From the NCBI GenBank assembly GCA_964016885.1, contig OZ024740.1, positions 168,206,001-168,270,000 of the forward strand: a stretch of DNA of 64,000 nucleotides, read 5' to 3'. Of this stretch, positions 25,782 through 40,164 are shown piece after piece. The stretch comes from Eledone cirrhosa (Eukaryota). The translations under genes were made by a program, and so were the position numbers. Position 1 is the first letter of the stretch; every line of letters starts with the position of its first letter. The notes under the pieces are model-generated. The model had not been told where the DNA came from. It saw nothing but the letters and a program-made list of their open reading frames with translations, and searched no databases.

Positions 25782-27124
25782 TGCCGTCGCATCTTCTCAG
25801 CTAAATGTTTGCATTATTAGCATACTTTCCTTTATTGTATTACATAACAAGTGTTTAAATATATGTCACGCATTCCCCTAGATGTTGCCATTTCACAAAC
25901 AATGAAGTTTATCTTTCAATATCTTTCGTTTTATTCTTCCTTTTCTACTTTCTCATTCATTTTCCACCTTACTCATTAACCGAGGACGATTCTACGTGAT
26001 CTCTCTGTTTCATAGAAATAGCAGCCAAATCTCTTGACACAATATTGCCTTATAAATTAAGGACATATTGGACATTATAGTACCTGATATTCAAAAGAGC
26101 GTGATAGCCATAGCTGGAAGACCTTGTGTTAATAAGTCAACTGCATATGAGTATTATCTACAATACCAACAACACATATTTACGCATCTTTACATTGAGG
26201 CTCACTCTTGGGGTCAACATTGTAATATGGTCTTTAGAAGGTGTTTATTGATTACTTTTCTGAAGTGTGGTGCTATTTTAGAGCATGTTGTGTTTCACAG
26301 ACTCGTTCTCAATATTGTTGTAAGTGCTTAAGATTTATTGGCTTTGATCTATCATTTTTTTCTCGTCATTCCTGAAAAGATACAATTAAAAGTATACAAC
26401 AAAAACATATAGTCATCTAAGGTTTCAATTAGATTCGAAATTGGATTGAGTTCAAATGCCGCCGCTTTGGCTTCCATGCTTACTGGATTGTGAAACGCAG
26501 TACCAATGGCACACTGGTGTGGATTACTCGGTTTTCCCCTATAATGGTAAATTGTGTAACAAATGATAAAAATTTATTCTGGATAAGATGTAATACTTCT
26601 TTTACTTTCAGTGATGAAACGATTAGTCTTAAAATAAAAGAAAAATGGTCAAAAATACATATCTAAAGTATCAGCGGGTCGCTGAAATCTGAGTCCAGAG
26701 TTCTAACTAACATACCATTAAAGCACTACCAAAGCAGCAAAATCTCGTGACACAAAATTGCCTTATGAATTAAGGACATATTGGACATCATAGTACCTGA
26801 TATACAAAATAGTGAGATGGCCATAATGGAAGACCATAAGTTGTTAGGTCTGTTGTATATGAGTATTATCTACATTACCAACAATACATATTTACGTAAC
26901 TTTATATTGAGGCTCAACTTGAGGTCAACTTTGCAATCGGGCATCCCACCTGTAGTAACTGGAATACAATATTTAGAAGGTATTTCTTGAGTACTTTTCT
27001 AATGTGTGGTTTGAAGGCGGGTATGGCACTATTTTAGAGCATGTTTTATTTCACGGACTCGTTCTCAGTACTGTAAGCCTACATCGAATCACAACAATAC
27101 CTAAAATTCTAGAACCAAATTAAT

Positions 27125-27278
27125 AATAAATCCAGGATACAATAAACATATGACCAAACGAATTTCTCTCGTCACCAGCTCAAATGTTTAGTTGTGTATT
27201 GTTATACACAACTAAAAATTTGAGCTGGTGACGAGAGAAATACGTTTGGTCATATGTTTATTGTATCCTGGATTTATT
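27125..27278. repeat. Fold-back palindrome: 75-bp arms, 4-nt spacer, 2 mismatches
   Basis: aataaatccaggatac...gttgtgtat-tgtt-atacacaac...gtatcctggatttatt. Confidence 0.9.
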
Positions 27279-27500
27279 TTAACATGTTGGCTCGTTAATT
27301 CATTACCAACGGTAGGGTGTGAATGAGAGACGAGGGCTATTTCTACCACTTTGGTTACCGGATTAGTAATCAATTTGGTTCTAAAGACTTAGGATTTATT
27401 TTGACTGTGGTGCAGGGTAAGATTATGTTTTCTTTACTTCTAGAACGATTGACTAGGTAGAACTTATATAAACGTTAAGACGAAAAAATAAAAGGTTTAA

Positions 27501-27566
27501 AGGTTTCACCGAGACTCGAACCGCTGGATTCAGAGTCCAGAGTGGTAACCATTACACCATGAAACC
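27501..27566 (-). pseudogene. tRNA-Gln(CUG) pseudogene with T-arm deletion
   Basis: gagactcgaaccgctggattcagagtcc lacks 6 nt of the T stem/variable region. Confidence 0.8.
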
Positions 27567-27643
27567 TGCTTGTCTACCTGCTCAGCTAAATGTTTGTATT
27601 TTTGGTATAACGTAAGCCTCTTTCATTATATTTATTTTTTGCA

Positions 27644-27832
27644 AAGGGTGGCGGATTGTCAGTATCGGTAGAGGGTCGGACGCAGTGCTTCGACGCAATG
27701 AGTTACGGCCCTTGCCATTCTGAGTTCAAATCCCGTCGAGGTTAACTTTGCCTTTCATCCTTACCAGGTCGTTAAAATAAAGTACCAGTAATGCACTGGA
27801 TATGTGCTGGCCTTGTGCCAAATGTAGAAACA
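27644..27832 (+). mobile_element. Full-length tRNA-derived SINE, same subfamily as 13067
   Basis: Same head, B box, core and tail (..tagaaaca); degenerate TSD attatatttattttttgca / attatatttaattttttaca. Confidence 0.85.
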
Positions 27833-28356
27833 ATTATATTTAATTTTTTACATTGCAGTTAGTACGGTGAATCAGCAGTATCTGGAGAGAGTCGGACAGA
27901 TTGCTTTGTGGCATATAGTTCAGTCCCATTTCTTTCTGAGTTCAATTGCCGCCGAGTTAAGATTTTACTTTTATCTTCACGTGATCGATAAAACAAATCA
28001 CAAGTAGAACAGTGGGGTCAATTTAATCGACTTTCTCATATAACGGTAAGGTGTGTTACAATTGATAAAGATTTATTCTACATGTAATATTTCTTTTCCT
28101 TCAATAATGGAACGATTAGAATTAAAATAAAATACGTTTATTTTATCTAAAGTGATATGATGTTATTTTTAACAGCAGGGTATGATTTGAAGTAGAGGTG
28201 AAAGATATGTGTACCACGTTGACTACTGGATTAGTTATCAATATGGTTCTAAAGATTAGGATTCATTGTGATTGCGATGTAGCTTGACATCTCTTTCAAT
28301 CCTGGAACGATTGATCGAGTAGCATTGTTAGGAACGATAAAAAAAGATGATTTGTG

Positions 28357-28428
28357 AGGTTTCACCGAGACTTGAACTCGGATCGCTGGATTCAAAATCC
28401 AGAGTGCTAACCATTACACCATGAAACC
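28357..28428 (-). tRNA. trnQ-UUG: tRNA-Gln (UUG), C32U variant
   Basis: Anticodon loop TT-TTG-AA; otherwise canonical. Confidence 0.8.
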
Positions 28429-28479
28429 CATCTGGTATAACGTAAGCCTCTTTCATTATAATTATTTTTTGCATTTCAG

Positions 28480-28690
28480 TTAGTACGGTGAATCAACAGT
28501 ATCTGGGGAGAGTCGGACAGATTGCTTTGTGGCAGAAAGTTCAGTCCCATTTCTTTCTGATATCAATTGCCGCCGAGTTAAGATTTGACTTTTATCTTCA
28601 CGTCATCAATAAGACTGATCACCAGTAGAACAGTGGGGTCGATTTAATCGACTTTCTCCTATAGCGGTAAGGTGTGTTACAATTGATAAA
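28480..28690 (+). mobile_element. Old SINE amplified within every array-B unit, divergent from the UUG tRNA
   Basis: cggtgaatcaacagtatctggggagagtcggacag..gccgccgag..gacttttatctt..ggggtcgatt. Confidence 0.7.
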
Positions 28691-29736
28691 GTTTTATTCT
28701 ACATGTAATATTTCTTTTCCTTCAATAATGGAACGATTAGAATTAAAATAAAAAATAAGGAGTTAAAAATGTAAAAGTGCATATATGATGTGGCAACAGA
28801 TAGGTGAGTGTGTGACATATATTTAAACACTTGTAAAAGTGCAGATCTGTCTATTATACGTAATGTAGATATTACTCATGTACACCAGACCTATGTACAA
28901 CGGACTTCATGCTTTGACCATCCCGTACTTTTGTATATCAAGGCTTATGATACCCATTATGTCTTTAATTTATACAGTGATATTATGTAATGTGTGAGAG
29001 AGATATGGTTACGTCTGAATAAGACAGACAGCGGTCACGTCGTCAGTTAATGAGTAATGAGGAAATTGAAGGAGACATTTAAACAAGAAAGAATAATACG
29101 TAAGAGGTTGAAAGTTAAACAAACTTCAATATGAGTAAGATGGCAACAGGTGGGCGAGCATGTGACATATATTTAAACACTTGCTATGTAATACAATCAA
29201 GGGAATTAATCAAGGAATATAAGGAGTTTGTTGAGCAGTTGTTCTAGGTGGGTTTCGTGGTCTAATGGCTAGCATTCTGAGCTTTGAAACCAGCAAAATC
29301 TTTTAAATATTTTTTTTTCTTTAACCTCCATATAACTACTACCTGACTAATCGTTCCAGAATTAAAGGAGTTGTAATACCACATCGCAATCATAACAAAT
29401 CCAAAAATCTCAGAACCAAATTAATAGCAAATCCAAGATACAATAAACATATGATCAAACATATTGCTGTAGTGACCAGCTCAAACTTTTAGTATTGTAT
29501 AACACTATATTAACTTGTTACCTCATTGATTCGTTATCAATATTGATCTAATAGTTTATGATGTATTGCTGTGGTGACTTTCCCGTCTTTTAGTGTTATA
29601 TAAGACATATATTATCTAAAGTAATACGACGTTATTATAACGGTAAGGTGTGATTTGAATGAAAGATGAGTGCTGTTGCTACCACGTTGGCTCCCGGATG
29701 AGTTATCAATCTGATACAGAACAGCTATTCTAAGTG

Positions 29737-29937
29737 GGCTTCGTGGTGTAATGGTTAGCACTCGGGAGTTTGAATCCAGCGATTCGAGGTCAAGTCTCGG
29801 CGGAACCGTTTTTTTTTTTTATTTTAACGTTCCTATAAATACTATTTGCTTAATCATGGATTTAAAGGTTTCACCTAGACTTCAACTCGGATAGCTGGAT
29901 GCAGGCTCCAGAATGCTAACCATTATACGATCAAACG
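29737..29937. pseudogene. Convergent pair of tRNA-Gln pseudogenes (one pair per array-B unit)
   Basis: + copy ggcttcgtggtgtaatggttagcactcgggagtttgaatccagc..; - copy aggtttcacctagacttcaactcgg..; inverted homolog of the 4546/4657 pair. Confidence 0.8.
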
Positions 29938-30848
29938 TTTGTGGCATTGTGTTATACAAAATGTTTATATTACTACATAAAATTAATTTATTGCAATGGG
30001 TTGCTAGTGTTTAAATTTAACTCCTTCACCCATTCACCAACGTGACTCCACCGACCTCATGTTAAAGTGTTTTTATCTTTGAATTTCTCTCGTTTCATTC
30101 TTCCTCTTTTCTAGTTTCTCGTTTGTATTCCAACGACAATTTGATACGGTTCCTCTGCCTGTTAGAAATAGCAGCCAAAATTTTCAATACTATTATAAAT
30201 GCTTAAGATTTGTTCTGGCTGACATCTGACAGTTCTTTCCCGTCATTTCTGGAAAGATACGATTAAAATAATACAATAAAAACATATAGTCATCTAAAGT
30301 TTCAGTGAGATTTGAATTTGGATTGATAGATTCAGAGTCCAGAACGATAACCTCTATACCATGAAACCATTTCCAAAGAAGCCTTAAGTATATGAATTTC
30401 TTACATTGTATAACAAAGCAGAAATATATGTCACATGATCAACGACATGTGCCCAGCTTTCTGACGTTGAAGCGTATTTATCTGTCAATTTCTCTTGCCT
30501 TTTACTATATAAGAGAGGAAACCAGTAAAGGAATAAACGGTGCCTACGTCAGCTCGTGGATACGTTATTAATAACCTTCTAATAGTTTAAGATGTATTGC
30601 TGTTGTAACTACTCCGTTTGTTTTAGTGGTATAAAAGACAATATTATGTAAAGTGATATGACGTTATTTTTAACAGTAGGGTGTGATTTGAAGGAGAGGT
30701 GAAAGCCAGTTGGCTTCCTGATTAGTTATCAATATGGTTCTAAAAGATTAGGATTCCTTAGATTGCGATATAGCCTTACATCCCTTTCCTTCCTTAAACG
30801 ATTGATCGTGCAATTTTGATAGGAACTTTTTTAAAAAAATGATTTTTA

Positions 30849-30920
30849 AGGTTTCACCGAGACTTGAACTCGGATCGCTGGATTCAGAGTCCAGAGTGCT
30901 AACCATTACACCATGAAACC
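30849..30920 (-). tRNA. trnQ-CUG: tRNA-Gln (CUG)
   Basis: Canonical body, anticodon loop CT-CTG-AA, T-run terminator. Confidence 0.95.
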
Positions 30921-32268
30921 TGCCTGTTACACCTGCTCAGCTAAATGTTTGTATTGTTAGTATAATTTCATTTATTGTATTACATAACAAGTGTTTAAAT
31001 ATATGTCACACACTCACCAACATGATACCGTCTCACCCACAATGAAGTTTACCTTTCAATTTCTTTCCTTTTAATCTTCCTTTTCTACTTTTTCATTCGT
31101 TTTACACCTTACTCATTAACTGACGACGATTAGACATGAACTCTACGTCTCATAGAAATAGCTGTCAAATCTCGTGACACAAAATTGTCTAACAAATTAA
31201 GGACATATTGGACATCATACAACGTAATATAAAAAGAGAATGGGACGGCCTTAGCTGGAAGGCCTATATTCATACGCCTGCTGTATATGAGTATTACCTA
31301 CATTGCCAACAACATATTTACGCAGCTGTACAATGAGGCTCAGTCTTGGGGTCAGCTTTGCAATAAGGATTCTCACCTGTCGTAGCTGGAATACGGTCTT
31401 TAGAAAGTGTTTATTGAATACTTTTCTGACGTGTCGTTTGTAGGAGGGTATGGTGCTATTTTAGAGTATGTTTTGTTTCACGGGATTGTTCTCAATACTA
31501 TTAAAATGCTTAAGATTTATTCTGGCTAAGATCTAACCTTTCGTTTCCGTCATTTCTGGAAAGATACAATTCAAATAATAAATCAAATATAGCCATCTTA
31601 AGCTTGAATGAGATTTGAGATTAGATTGATGGATTCAGAATCCAGAACGATAACCATTACACCATGTAAGCATTTTCAAAGACACCTTAATTATGTGTAT
31701 TTCTTACATTGCACAACAAAGCTAAAATATATATCTGTCACATGATCAACGACATGTGCCCAGCTTTCTAATGTTAAAGTGTATTTATCTTTCAATTTAT
31801 CTTGCCTTTTATGAGGAAACCAGTCAAAGAATAAATAGTGTCTACTTCAGTTGTATAACAGCTTGGAGATTGTGTTGATAACAACACAAAGCTAAATGTT
31901 GATACAATAAACTTATGATCAAACGTATTTATGTTGTGACCAGCTCAAATCTACAGTGATGTATAACTATGAATTAACATATTAGCTCGTGGATACATCA
32001 TTAATAATCTTCTAAAAGTTTAGGAAGTATTGCTTTCGTAACTACTCCGTTTATTTTATGTAAAGTGATATGATGTTATTTTTAACAGTAGGGTATGATT
32101 TGAAGTAGAGGTGAAAGATATGTGTACCACGTTGACTACTGGATGAGTTATCAATATGGTTCTAAAGATTAGGATTCATTGTGATTGCGATGTAGCTTGA
32201 CATCTCTTTCAATCCTGGAACGATTGATCGAGTAGCATTGTTAGGAACGATAAAAAAGATGATTTTTG

Positions 32269-32340
32269 AGGTTTCACCGAGACTTGAACTCGGATCGCTG
32301 GATTCAAAGTCCAGAGTGCTAACCATTACACCATGAAACC
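32269..32340 (-). tRNA. trnQ-UUG: tRNA-Gln (UUG)
   Basis: Canonical sequence. Confidence 0.95.
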
Positions 32341-34760
32341 CATCTGGTATAACGTAAGCCTCTTTCATTATAATTATTTTTTGCATTTCAGTTAGTACGG
32401 TGAATCAACAGTATCTGGGGAGAGTCGGACAGATTGCTTTGTGGCAGAAAGTTCAGTCCCATTTCTTTCTGATATCAATTGCCGCCGAGTTAAGATTTGA
32501 CTTTTATCTTCACGTCATCAATAAGACTGATCACCAGTAGAACAGTGGGGTCGATTAAATCGACTTTCTCCTATAACGGTAAGGTGTGTTACAATTGATA
32601 AAGTTTTATTCTACATGTAATATTTCTTTTCCTTCAATAATGGAACGATTAGAATTAAAATAAAAAATAAGGAGTTAAAAATGTAAAAGTGCATATATGA
32701 TGTGGCAACAGATAGGTGAGTGTGTGACATATATTTAAACACTTGTAAAAGTGCAGATCTGTCTATTATTCGTAATGTAGATATTACTCATGTACACCAG
32801 ACCTATGTACAACGGACTTCATGCTTTGACCATCCCGTACTTTTGTATATCAAGGCTTATGATACCCATTATGTCTTTAATTTATACAGTGATATTATGT
32901 AATGTGTGAGAGAGATATGGTTACGTCTGAATAAGACAGACAGCGGTCACGTCGTCAGTTAATGAGTAATGAGGAAATTGAAGGAGACATTTAAACAAGA
33001 AAGAATAACACGTAAGAGGTTGAAAGTTAAACAAACTTCAATATGAGTAAGATGGCAACAGGTGGGCGAGCATGTGACATATATTTAAACACTTGCTATG
33101 TAATACAATCAAGGGAATTAATCAAGGAATATAAGGAGTTTATTGAGCAGTTGTTCTAGGTGGGTTTCGTGGTCTAATGGCTAGCATTCTGAGCTTTGAA
33201 ACCAGCAAAATCTTTAAAATATTTTTTTTTCTTTAACCTCCATATAACTACTACCTGACTAATCGTTCCAGAATTAAAGGAGTTGTAATACCACATCGCA
33301 ATCATAACAAATCCAAAAATCTCAGAACCAAATTAATAGCAAATCCAAGATACAATAAACATATGATCAAACATATTGCTGTAGTGACCAGCTCAAACTT
33401 TTAGTATTGTATAACACTATATTAACTTGTTACCTCATTGATTCGTTATCAATATTGATCTAATAGTTTATGATGTATTGCTGTGGTGACTTTCCCGTCT
33501 TTTAGTGTTATATAAGACATATATTATCTAAAGTAATACGACGTTATTATAACGGTAAGGTGTGATTTGAATGAAAGATGAGTGCTGTTGCTACCACGTT
33601 GGCTCCCGGATGAGTTATCAATCTGATACAGAACAGCTATTCCAAGTGGGCTTCGTGGTGTAATGGTTAGCACTCGGGAGTTTGAATCCAGCGATTCGAG
33701 GTCAAGTCTCGGCGGAACCGTTTTTTTTTTTTATTTTAACGTTCCTATAAATACTATTTGCTTAATCATGGATTTAAAGGTTTCACCTAGACTTCAACTC
33801 GGATAGCTGGATGCAGGCTCCAGAATGCTAACCATTATACGATCAAACGTTTGTGGCATTGTGTTATACAAAATGTTTATATTACTACATAAAATTAATT
33901 TATTGCAATGGGTTGCTAGTGTTTAAATTTAACTCCTTCACCCATTCACCAACGTGACTCCACCGACCTCATGTTAAAGTGTTTTTATCTTTGAATTTCT
34001 CTCGTTTCATGCTTCCTCTTTTCTAGTTTCTCGTTTGTATTCCAACGACAATTTGATACGGTTCCTCTGCCTGTTAGAAATAGCAGCCAAAATTTTCAAT
34101 ACTATTATAAATGCTTAAGATTTGTTCTGGCTGACATCTGACAGTTCTTTCCCGTCATTTCTGGAAAGATACGATTAAAATAATACAATAAAAACATATA
34201 GTCATCTAAAGTTTCAGTGAGATTTGAATTTGGATTGATAGATTCAGAGTCCAGAACGATAACCTCTATACCATGAAACCATTTCCAAAGAAGCCTTAAG
34301 TATATGAATTTCTTACATTGTATAACAAAGCAGAAATATATGTCACATGATCAACGACATGTGCCCAGCTTTCTGACGTTGAAGCGTATTTATCTGTCAA
34401 TTTCTCTTGCCTTTTACTACATAAGAGAGGAAACCAGTAAAGGAATAAACGGTGCCTACGTCAGCTCGTGGATACGTTATTAATAACCTTCTAATAGTTT
34501 AAGATGTATTGCTGTTGTAACTACTCCGTTTGTTTTAGTGGTATAAAAGACAATATTATGTAAAGTGATATGACGTTATTTTTAACAGTAGGGTGTGATT
34601 TGAAGGAGAGGTGAAAGCCAGTTGGCTTTCTGATTAGTTATCAATATGGTTCTAAAAGATTAGGATTCCTTAGATTGCGATATAGCCTTACATCCCTTTC
34701 CTTCCTTAAACGATTGATCGTGCAATTTTGATAGGAACTTTTTTTAAAAAATGATTTTTA

Positions 34761-34832
34761 AGGTTTCACCGAGACTTGAACTCGGATCGCTGGATTCAGA
34801 GTCCAGAGTGCTAACCATTACACCATGAAACC
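34761..34832 (-). tRNA. trnQ-CUG: tRNA-Gln (CUG)
   Basis: Canonical sequence. Confidence 0.95.
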
Positions 34833-36181
34833 TGCCTGTTACACCTGCTCAGCTAAATGTTTGTATTGTTAGTATAATTTCATTTATTGTATTACATAAC
34901 AAGTGTTTAAATATATGTCACACACTCACCAACATGATACCGTCTCACCCACAATGAAGTTTATCTTTCAATTTCTTTCCTTTTAATCTTCCTTTTCTAC
35001 TTTTTTCATTCGTTTTACACCTTACTCATTAACTGACGACGATTAGACATGAACTCTATGTCTCATAGAAATAGCTGTCAAATCTCGTGACACAAAATTG
35101 TCTAACAAATTAAGGACATATTGGACATCATACAACGTAATATAAAAAGAGAATGGGACGGCCTTAGCTGGAAGGCCTATATTCATACGCCTGCTGTATA
35201 TGAGTATTACCTACATTGCCAACAACATATTTACGCAGCTGTACAATGAGGCTCAGTCTTGGGGTCAGCTTTGCAATAAGGATTCTCACCTGTCGTAGCT
35301 GGAATACGGTCTTTAGAAAGTGTTTATTGAATACTTTTCTGACGTGTCGTTTGTAGGAGGGTATGGTGCTATTTTAGAGTATGTTTTGTTTCACGGGATT
35401 GTTCTCAATACTATTAAAATGCTTAAGATTTATTCTGGCTAAGATCTAACCTTTCGTTTCCGTCATTTCTGGAAAGATACAATTCAAATAATAAATCAAA
35501 TATAGCCATCTTAAGCTTGAATGAGATTTGAGATTAGATTGATGGATTCAGAATCCAGAACGATAACCATTACACCATGTAAGCATTTTCAAAGACACCT
35601 TAATTATGTGTATTTCTTACATTGCACAACAAAGCTAAAATATATATCTGTCACATGATCAACGACATGTGCCCAGCTTTCTAATGTTAAAGTGTATTTA
35701 TCTTTCAATTTATCTTGCCTTTTATGAGGAAACCAGTCAAAGAATAAATAGTGTCTACTTCAGTTGTATAACAGCTTGGAGATTGTGTTGATGACAACAC
35801 AAAGCTAAATGTTGATACAATAAACTTATGATCAAACGTATTTATGTTGTGACCAGCTCAAATCTACAGTGATGTATAACTATGAATTAACATATTAGCT
35901 CGTGGATACATCATTAATAATCTTCTAAAAGTTTAGGAAGTATTGCTTTCGTAACTACTCCGTTTATTTTATGTAAAGTGATATGATGTTATTTTTAACA
36001 GTAGGGTATGATTTGAAGTAGAGGTGAAAGATATGTGTACCACGTTGACTACTGGATGAGTTATCAATATGGTTCTAGAGATTAGGATTCATTGTGATTG
36101 CGATGTAGCTTGACATCTCTTTCAATCCTGGAACGATTGATCGAGTAGCATTGTTAGGAACGATAAAAAAGATGATTTTTG

Positions 36182-36253
36182 AGGTTTCACCGAGACTTGA
36201 ACTCGGATCGCTGGATTCAAAGTCCAGAGTGCTAACCATTACACCATGAAACC
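36182..36253 (-). tRNA. trnQ-UUG: tRNA-Gln (UUG)
   Basis: Canonical sequence. Confidence 0.95.
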
Positions 36254-38672
36254 CATCTGGTATAACGTAAGCATATTTCATTATAATTATTTTTTGCATT
36301 TCAGTTAGTACGGTGAATCAACAGTATCTGGGGAGAGTCGGACAGATTGCTTTGTGGCAGAAAGTTCAGTCCCATTTCTTTCTGATATCAATTGCCGCCG
36401 AGTTAAGATTTGACTTTTATCTTCACGTCATCAATAAGACTGATCACCAGTAGAACAGTGGGGTCGATTAAATCGACTTTCTCCTATAACGGTAAGGTGT
36501 GTTACAATTGATAAAGTTTTATTCTACATGTAATATTTCTTTTCCTTCAATAATGGAACGATTAGAATTAAAATAAAAAATAAGGAGTTAAAAATGTAAA
36601 AGTGCATATATGATGTGGCAACAGATAGATGAGTGTGTGACATATATTTAAACACTTGTAAAAGTGCAGATCTGTCTATTATTCGTAATGTAGATATTAC
36701 TCATGTACACCAGACCTATGTACAACGGACTTCATGCTTTGACCATCCCGTACTTTTGTATATCAAGGCTTATGATACCCATTATGTCTTTAATTTATAC
36801 AGTGATATTATGTAATGTGTGAGAGAGATATGGTTACGTCTGAATAAGACAGACAGCGATCACGTCGTCAGTTAATGAGTAATGAGGAAATTGAAGGAGA
36901 CATTTAAACAAGAAAGAATAACACGTAAGAGGTTGAAAGTTAAACAAACTTCAATATGAGTAAGATGGCAACAGGTGGGCGAGCATGTGACATATATTTA
37001 AACACTTGCTATGTAATACAATCAAGGGAATTAATCAAGGAATATAAGGAGTTTGTTGAGCAGTTGTTCTAGGTGGGTTTCGTGGTCTAATGGCTAGCAT
37101 TCTGAGCTTTGAAAACAGCAAAATCTTTAAAATATTTTTTTTTCTTTAACCTCCATATAACTACTACCTGACTAATCGTTCCAGAATTAAAGGAGTTGTA
37201 ATACCACATCGCAATCATAGCAAATCCAAAAATCTCAGAACCAAATTGATAGCAAATCCAAGATACAATAAACATATGATCAAACATATTGCTGTAGTGA
37301 CCAGCTCAAACTTTTAGTATTGTATAACGGTATATTAACTTGTTACCTCATTGATTCGTTATCAATATTGATCTAATAGTTTATGATGTATTGCTGTGGT
37401 GACTTTCCCGTCTTTTAGTGTTATATAAGACATATATTATCTAAAGTAATACGACGTTATTATAACGGTAAGGTGTGATTTGAATGAAAGATGAGTGCTG
37501 TTGCTACCACGTTGGCTCCCGGATGAGTTATCAATCTGATACAGAACAGCTATTCTAAGTGGGCTTCGTGGTGTAATGGTTAGCACTCGGGAGTTTGAAT
37601 CCAGCGATTCGAGGTCAAGTCTTGGTCGGAACCGTTTTCTATTTTTATTTTAACGTTCCTATAAATACTATTTGTTTATCATGGATTTAAAGGTTTCACC
37701 TAGACTTCAACTCGGATAGCTGGATGCAGGCCCCAGAATGCTAACCATTATACGATCAAACGTTTGTGCCATTGTGTTATACAAACTGTTAATATTACTA
37801 CATAAAATTAGTTTATTGCAATGGGTTGCTAGTGTTTAAATTGATCTCCTTCACCCACTCACCAACGTGACTCCACCAACATCATGTTAAAGTGTTTTTA
37901 TCTTTTAATTTCTCTCGTTTCATTCTTCCTCTTTTCTAGTTTCTCGTTTGTATTCCAACGACAATTTGATACGGTTCCTCTGCCTGTTAGAAATAGCAGC
38001 CAAAGTTTTCAATACTATTTAAATGCTTAAGATTTGTTCTGGCTGAGATCTGACAGTTCTTTCCCGTCATTTCTGGAAAGATACGATTAAAATAATACAA
38101 TAAACACATATTGTCATCTAAAGTTTCAGTGAGATTTGAATTTGGATTGATAGATTCAGAGTCCAGAACGATAACCTCTATACCATGAAACCATTTCCAA
38201 AGAAGCCTTAAGTATATGAATTTCTTACATTGTATAACAAAGCAGAAATATATGTCACATGATCAACGACATGTGCCCAGCTTTCTGACGTTGAAGCGTA
38301 TTTATCTGTCAATTTCTCTTGCCTTTTACTACATAAGAGAGGAAACCAGTAAAGGAATAAACGGTGCCTACGTCAGCTCGTGGATACGTTATTAATAACC
38401 TTCTAATAGTTTAAGATGTATTGCTGTTGTAACTACTCCGTTTGTTTTAGTGGTATAAAAGACAATATTATGTAAAGTGATATGACGTTATTTTTAACAG
38501 TAGGGTGTGATTTGAAGGAGAGGTGAAAGCCAGTTGGCTTCCTGATTAGTTATCAATATGGTTCTAAAAGATTAGGATTCCTTAGATTGCGATATAGCCT
38601 TACATCCCTTTCCTTCCTTAAACGATTGATCGTGTAATTTTGATTGGAACTTTTTTAAAAAAATGATTTTTA

Positions 38673-38744
38673 AGGTTTCACCGCGACTTGAACTCGGATC
38701 GCTGGATTCAGAGTCCAGAGTGCTAACCATTACACCATGAAACC
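38673..38744 (-). tRNA. trnQ-CUG: tRNA-Gln (CUG) with one T-stem mismatch
   Basis: ccgcgacttg instead of ccgagacttg creates an A:G mismatch in the T stem. Confidence 0.6.
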
Positions 38745-40092
38745 TGCCTGTTATACCTGCTCAGCTAAATGTTTGTATTGTTAGTATAATTTCATTTATT
38801 GTATTACATAACAAGTGTTTAAATATATGTCACACACTCACCAACATGATACCGTCTCACCCACAATGAAGTTTATCTTTCAATTTCTTTCCTTTTATTC
38901 TTCCTTTTCTACTTTTTCATTCGTTTTACACCTTACTCATTAACTGACTACGATTAGACATGAACTCTATGTCTCATAGAAATAGCAGTCAAATCTCGTG
39001 ACACAAAATTGTCTAACGAATTAAGGACATATTGGACATCATACAACGTAATATAAAAAGAGAATGGGACGGCCTTAGCTGGAAGGCCTATATTCATACG
39101 CCTGCTGTATATGAGTATTACCTACATTGCCAACAACATATTTACGCAGCTGTACAATGAGGCTCAGTCTTGGGGTTAGCTTTGCAATAAGGATTCTCAC
39201 CTGTCGTAGCTGGAATACGGTCTTTAGAAAGTGTTTATTGAATACTTTTCTGACGTGTCGTTTGTAGGAGGGTATGGTGCTATTTTAGAGTATCTTTTGT
39301 TTCACGGGATTGTTCTCAATACTATTAAAATGCTTAAGATTTATTCTGGCTAAGATCTAACCTTTCGTTTCCGTCATTTCTGGAAAGATACAATTCAAAT
39401 AATAAATCAAATATAGCCATCTTAAGCTTGAATGAGATTTGAGATTAGATTGATGGATTCAGAATCCAGAACGATAACCATTACACCATGTAAGCATTTT
39501 CAAAGACACCTTAATTATGTGTTTTTCTTACATTGCACAACAAAGCTAAAATATATATCTGTCACATGATCAACGACATGTGCCCAGCTTTCTAATGTTA
39601 AAGTGTATTTATCTTTCAATTTATCTTGCCTTTTATGAGGAAACCAGTCAAAGAATAAATAGTGTCTACTTCAGTTGTATAACAGCTTGGAGATTGTGTT
39701 GATGACAACACAAAGCTAAATGTTGATACAATAAACTTATGATCAAACGTATTTATGTTGTGACCAGCTCAAATCTACAGTGATGTATAACTATGAATTA
39801 ACATATTAGCTCGTGGATACATCATTAATAATCTTCTAAAAGTTTAGGAAGTATTGCTTTCGTAACTACTCCGTTTATTTTATGTAAAGTGATATGATGT
39901 TATTTTTAACAGTAGGGTATGATTTGAAGTAGAGGTGAAAGATATGTGTACCACGTTGACTACTGGATGAGTTATCAATATGGTTCTAAAGATTAGGATT
40001 CATTGTGATTGCGATGTAGCTTGACATCTCTTTTAATCCTGGAACGATTGATCGAGTAGCATTGTTAGGAACGATAAAAAAGATGATTTTTG

Positions 40093-40164
40093 AGGTTTCA
40101 CCGAGACTTGAACTCGGATCGCTGGATTCAAAGTCCAGAGTGCTAACCATTACACCATGAAACC
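40093..40164 (-). tRNA. trnQ-UUG: tRNA-Gln (UUG)
   Basis: Canonical sequence. Confidence 0.95.
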
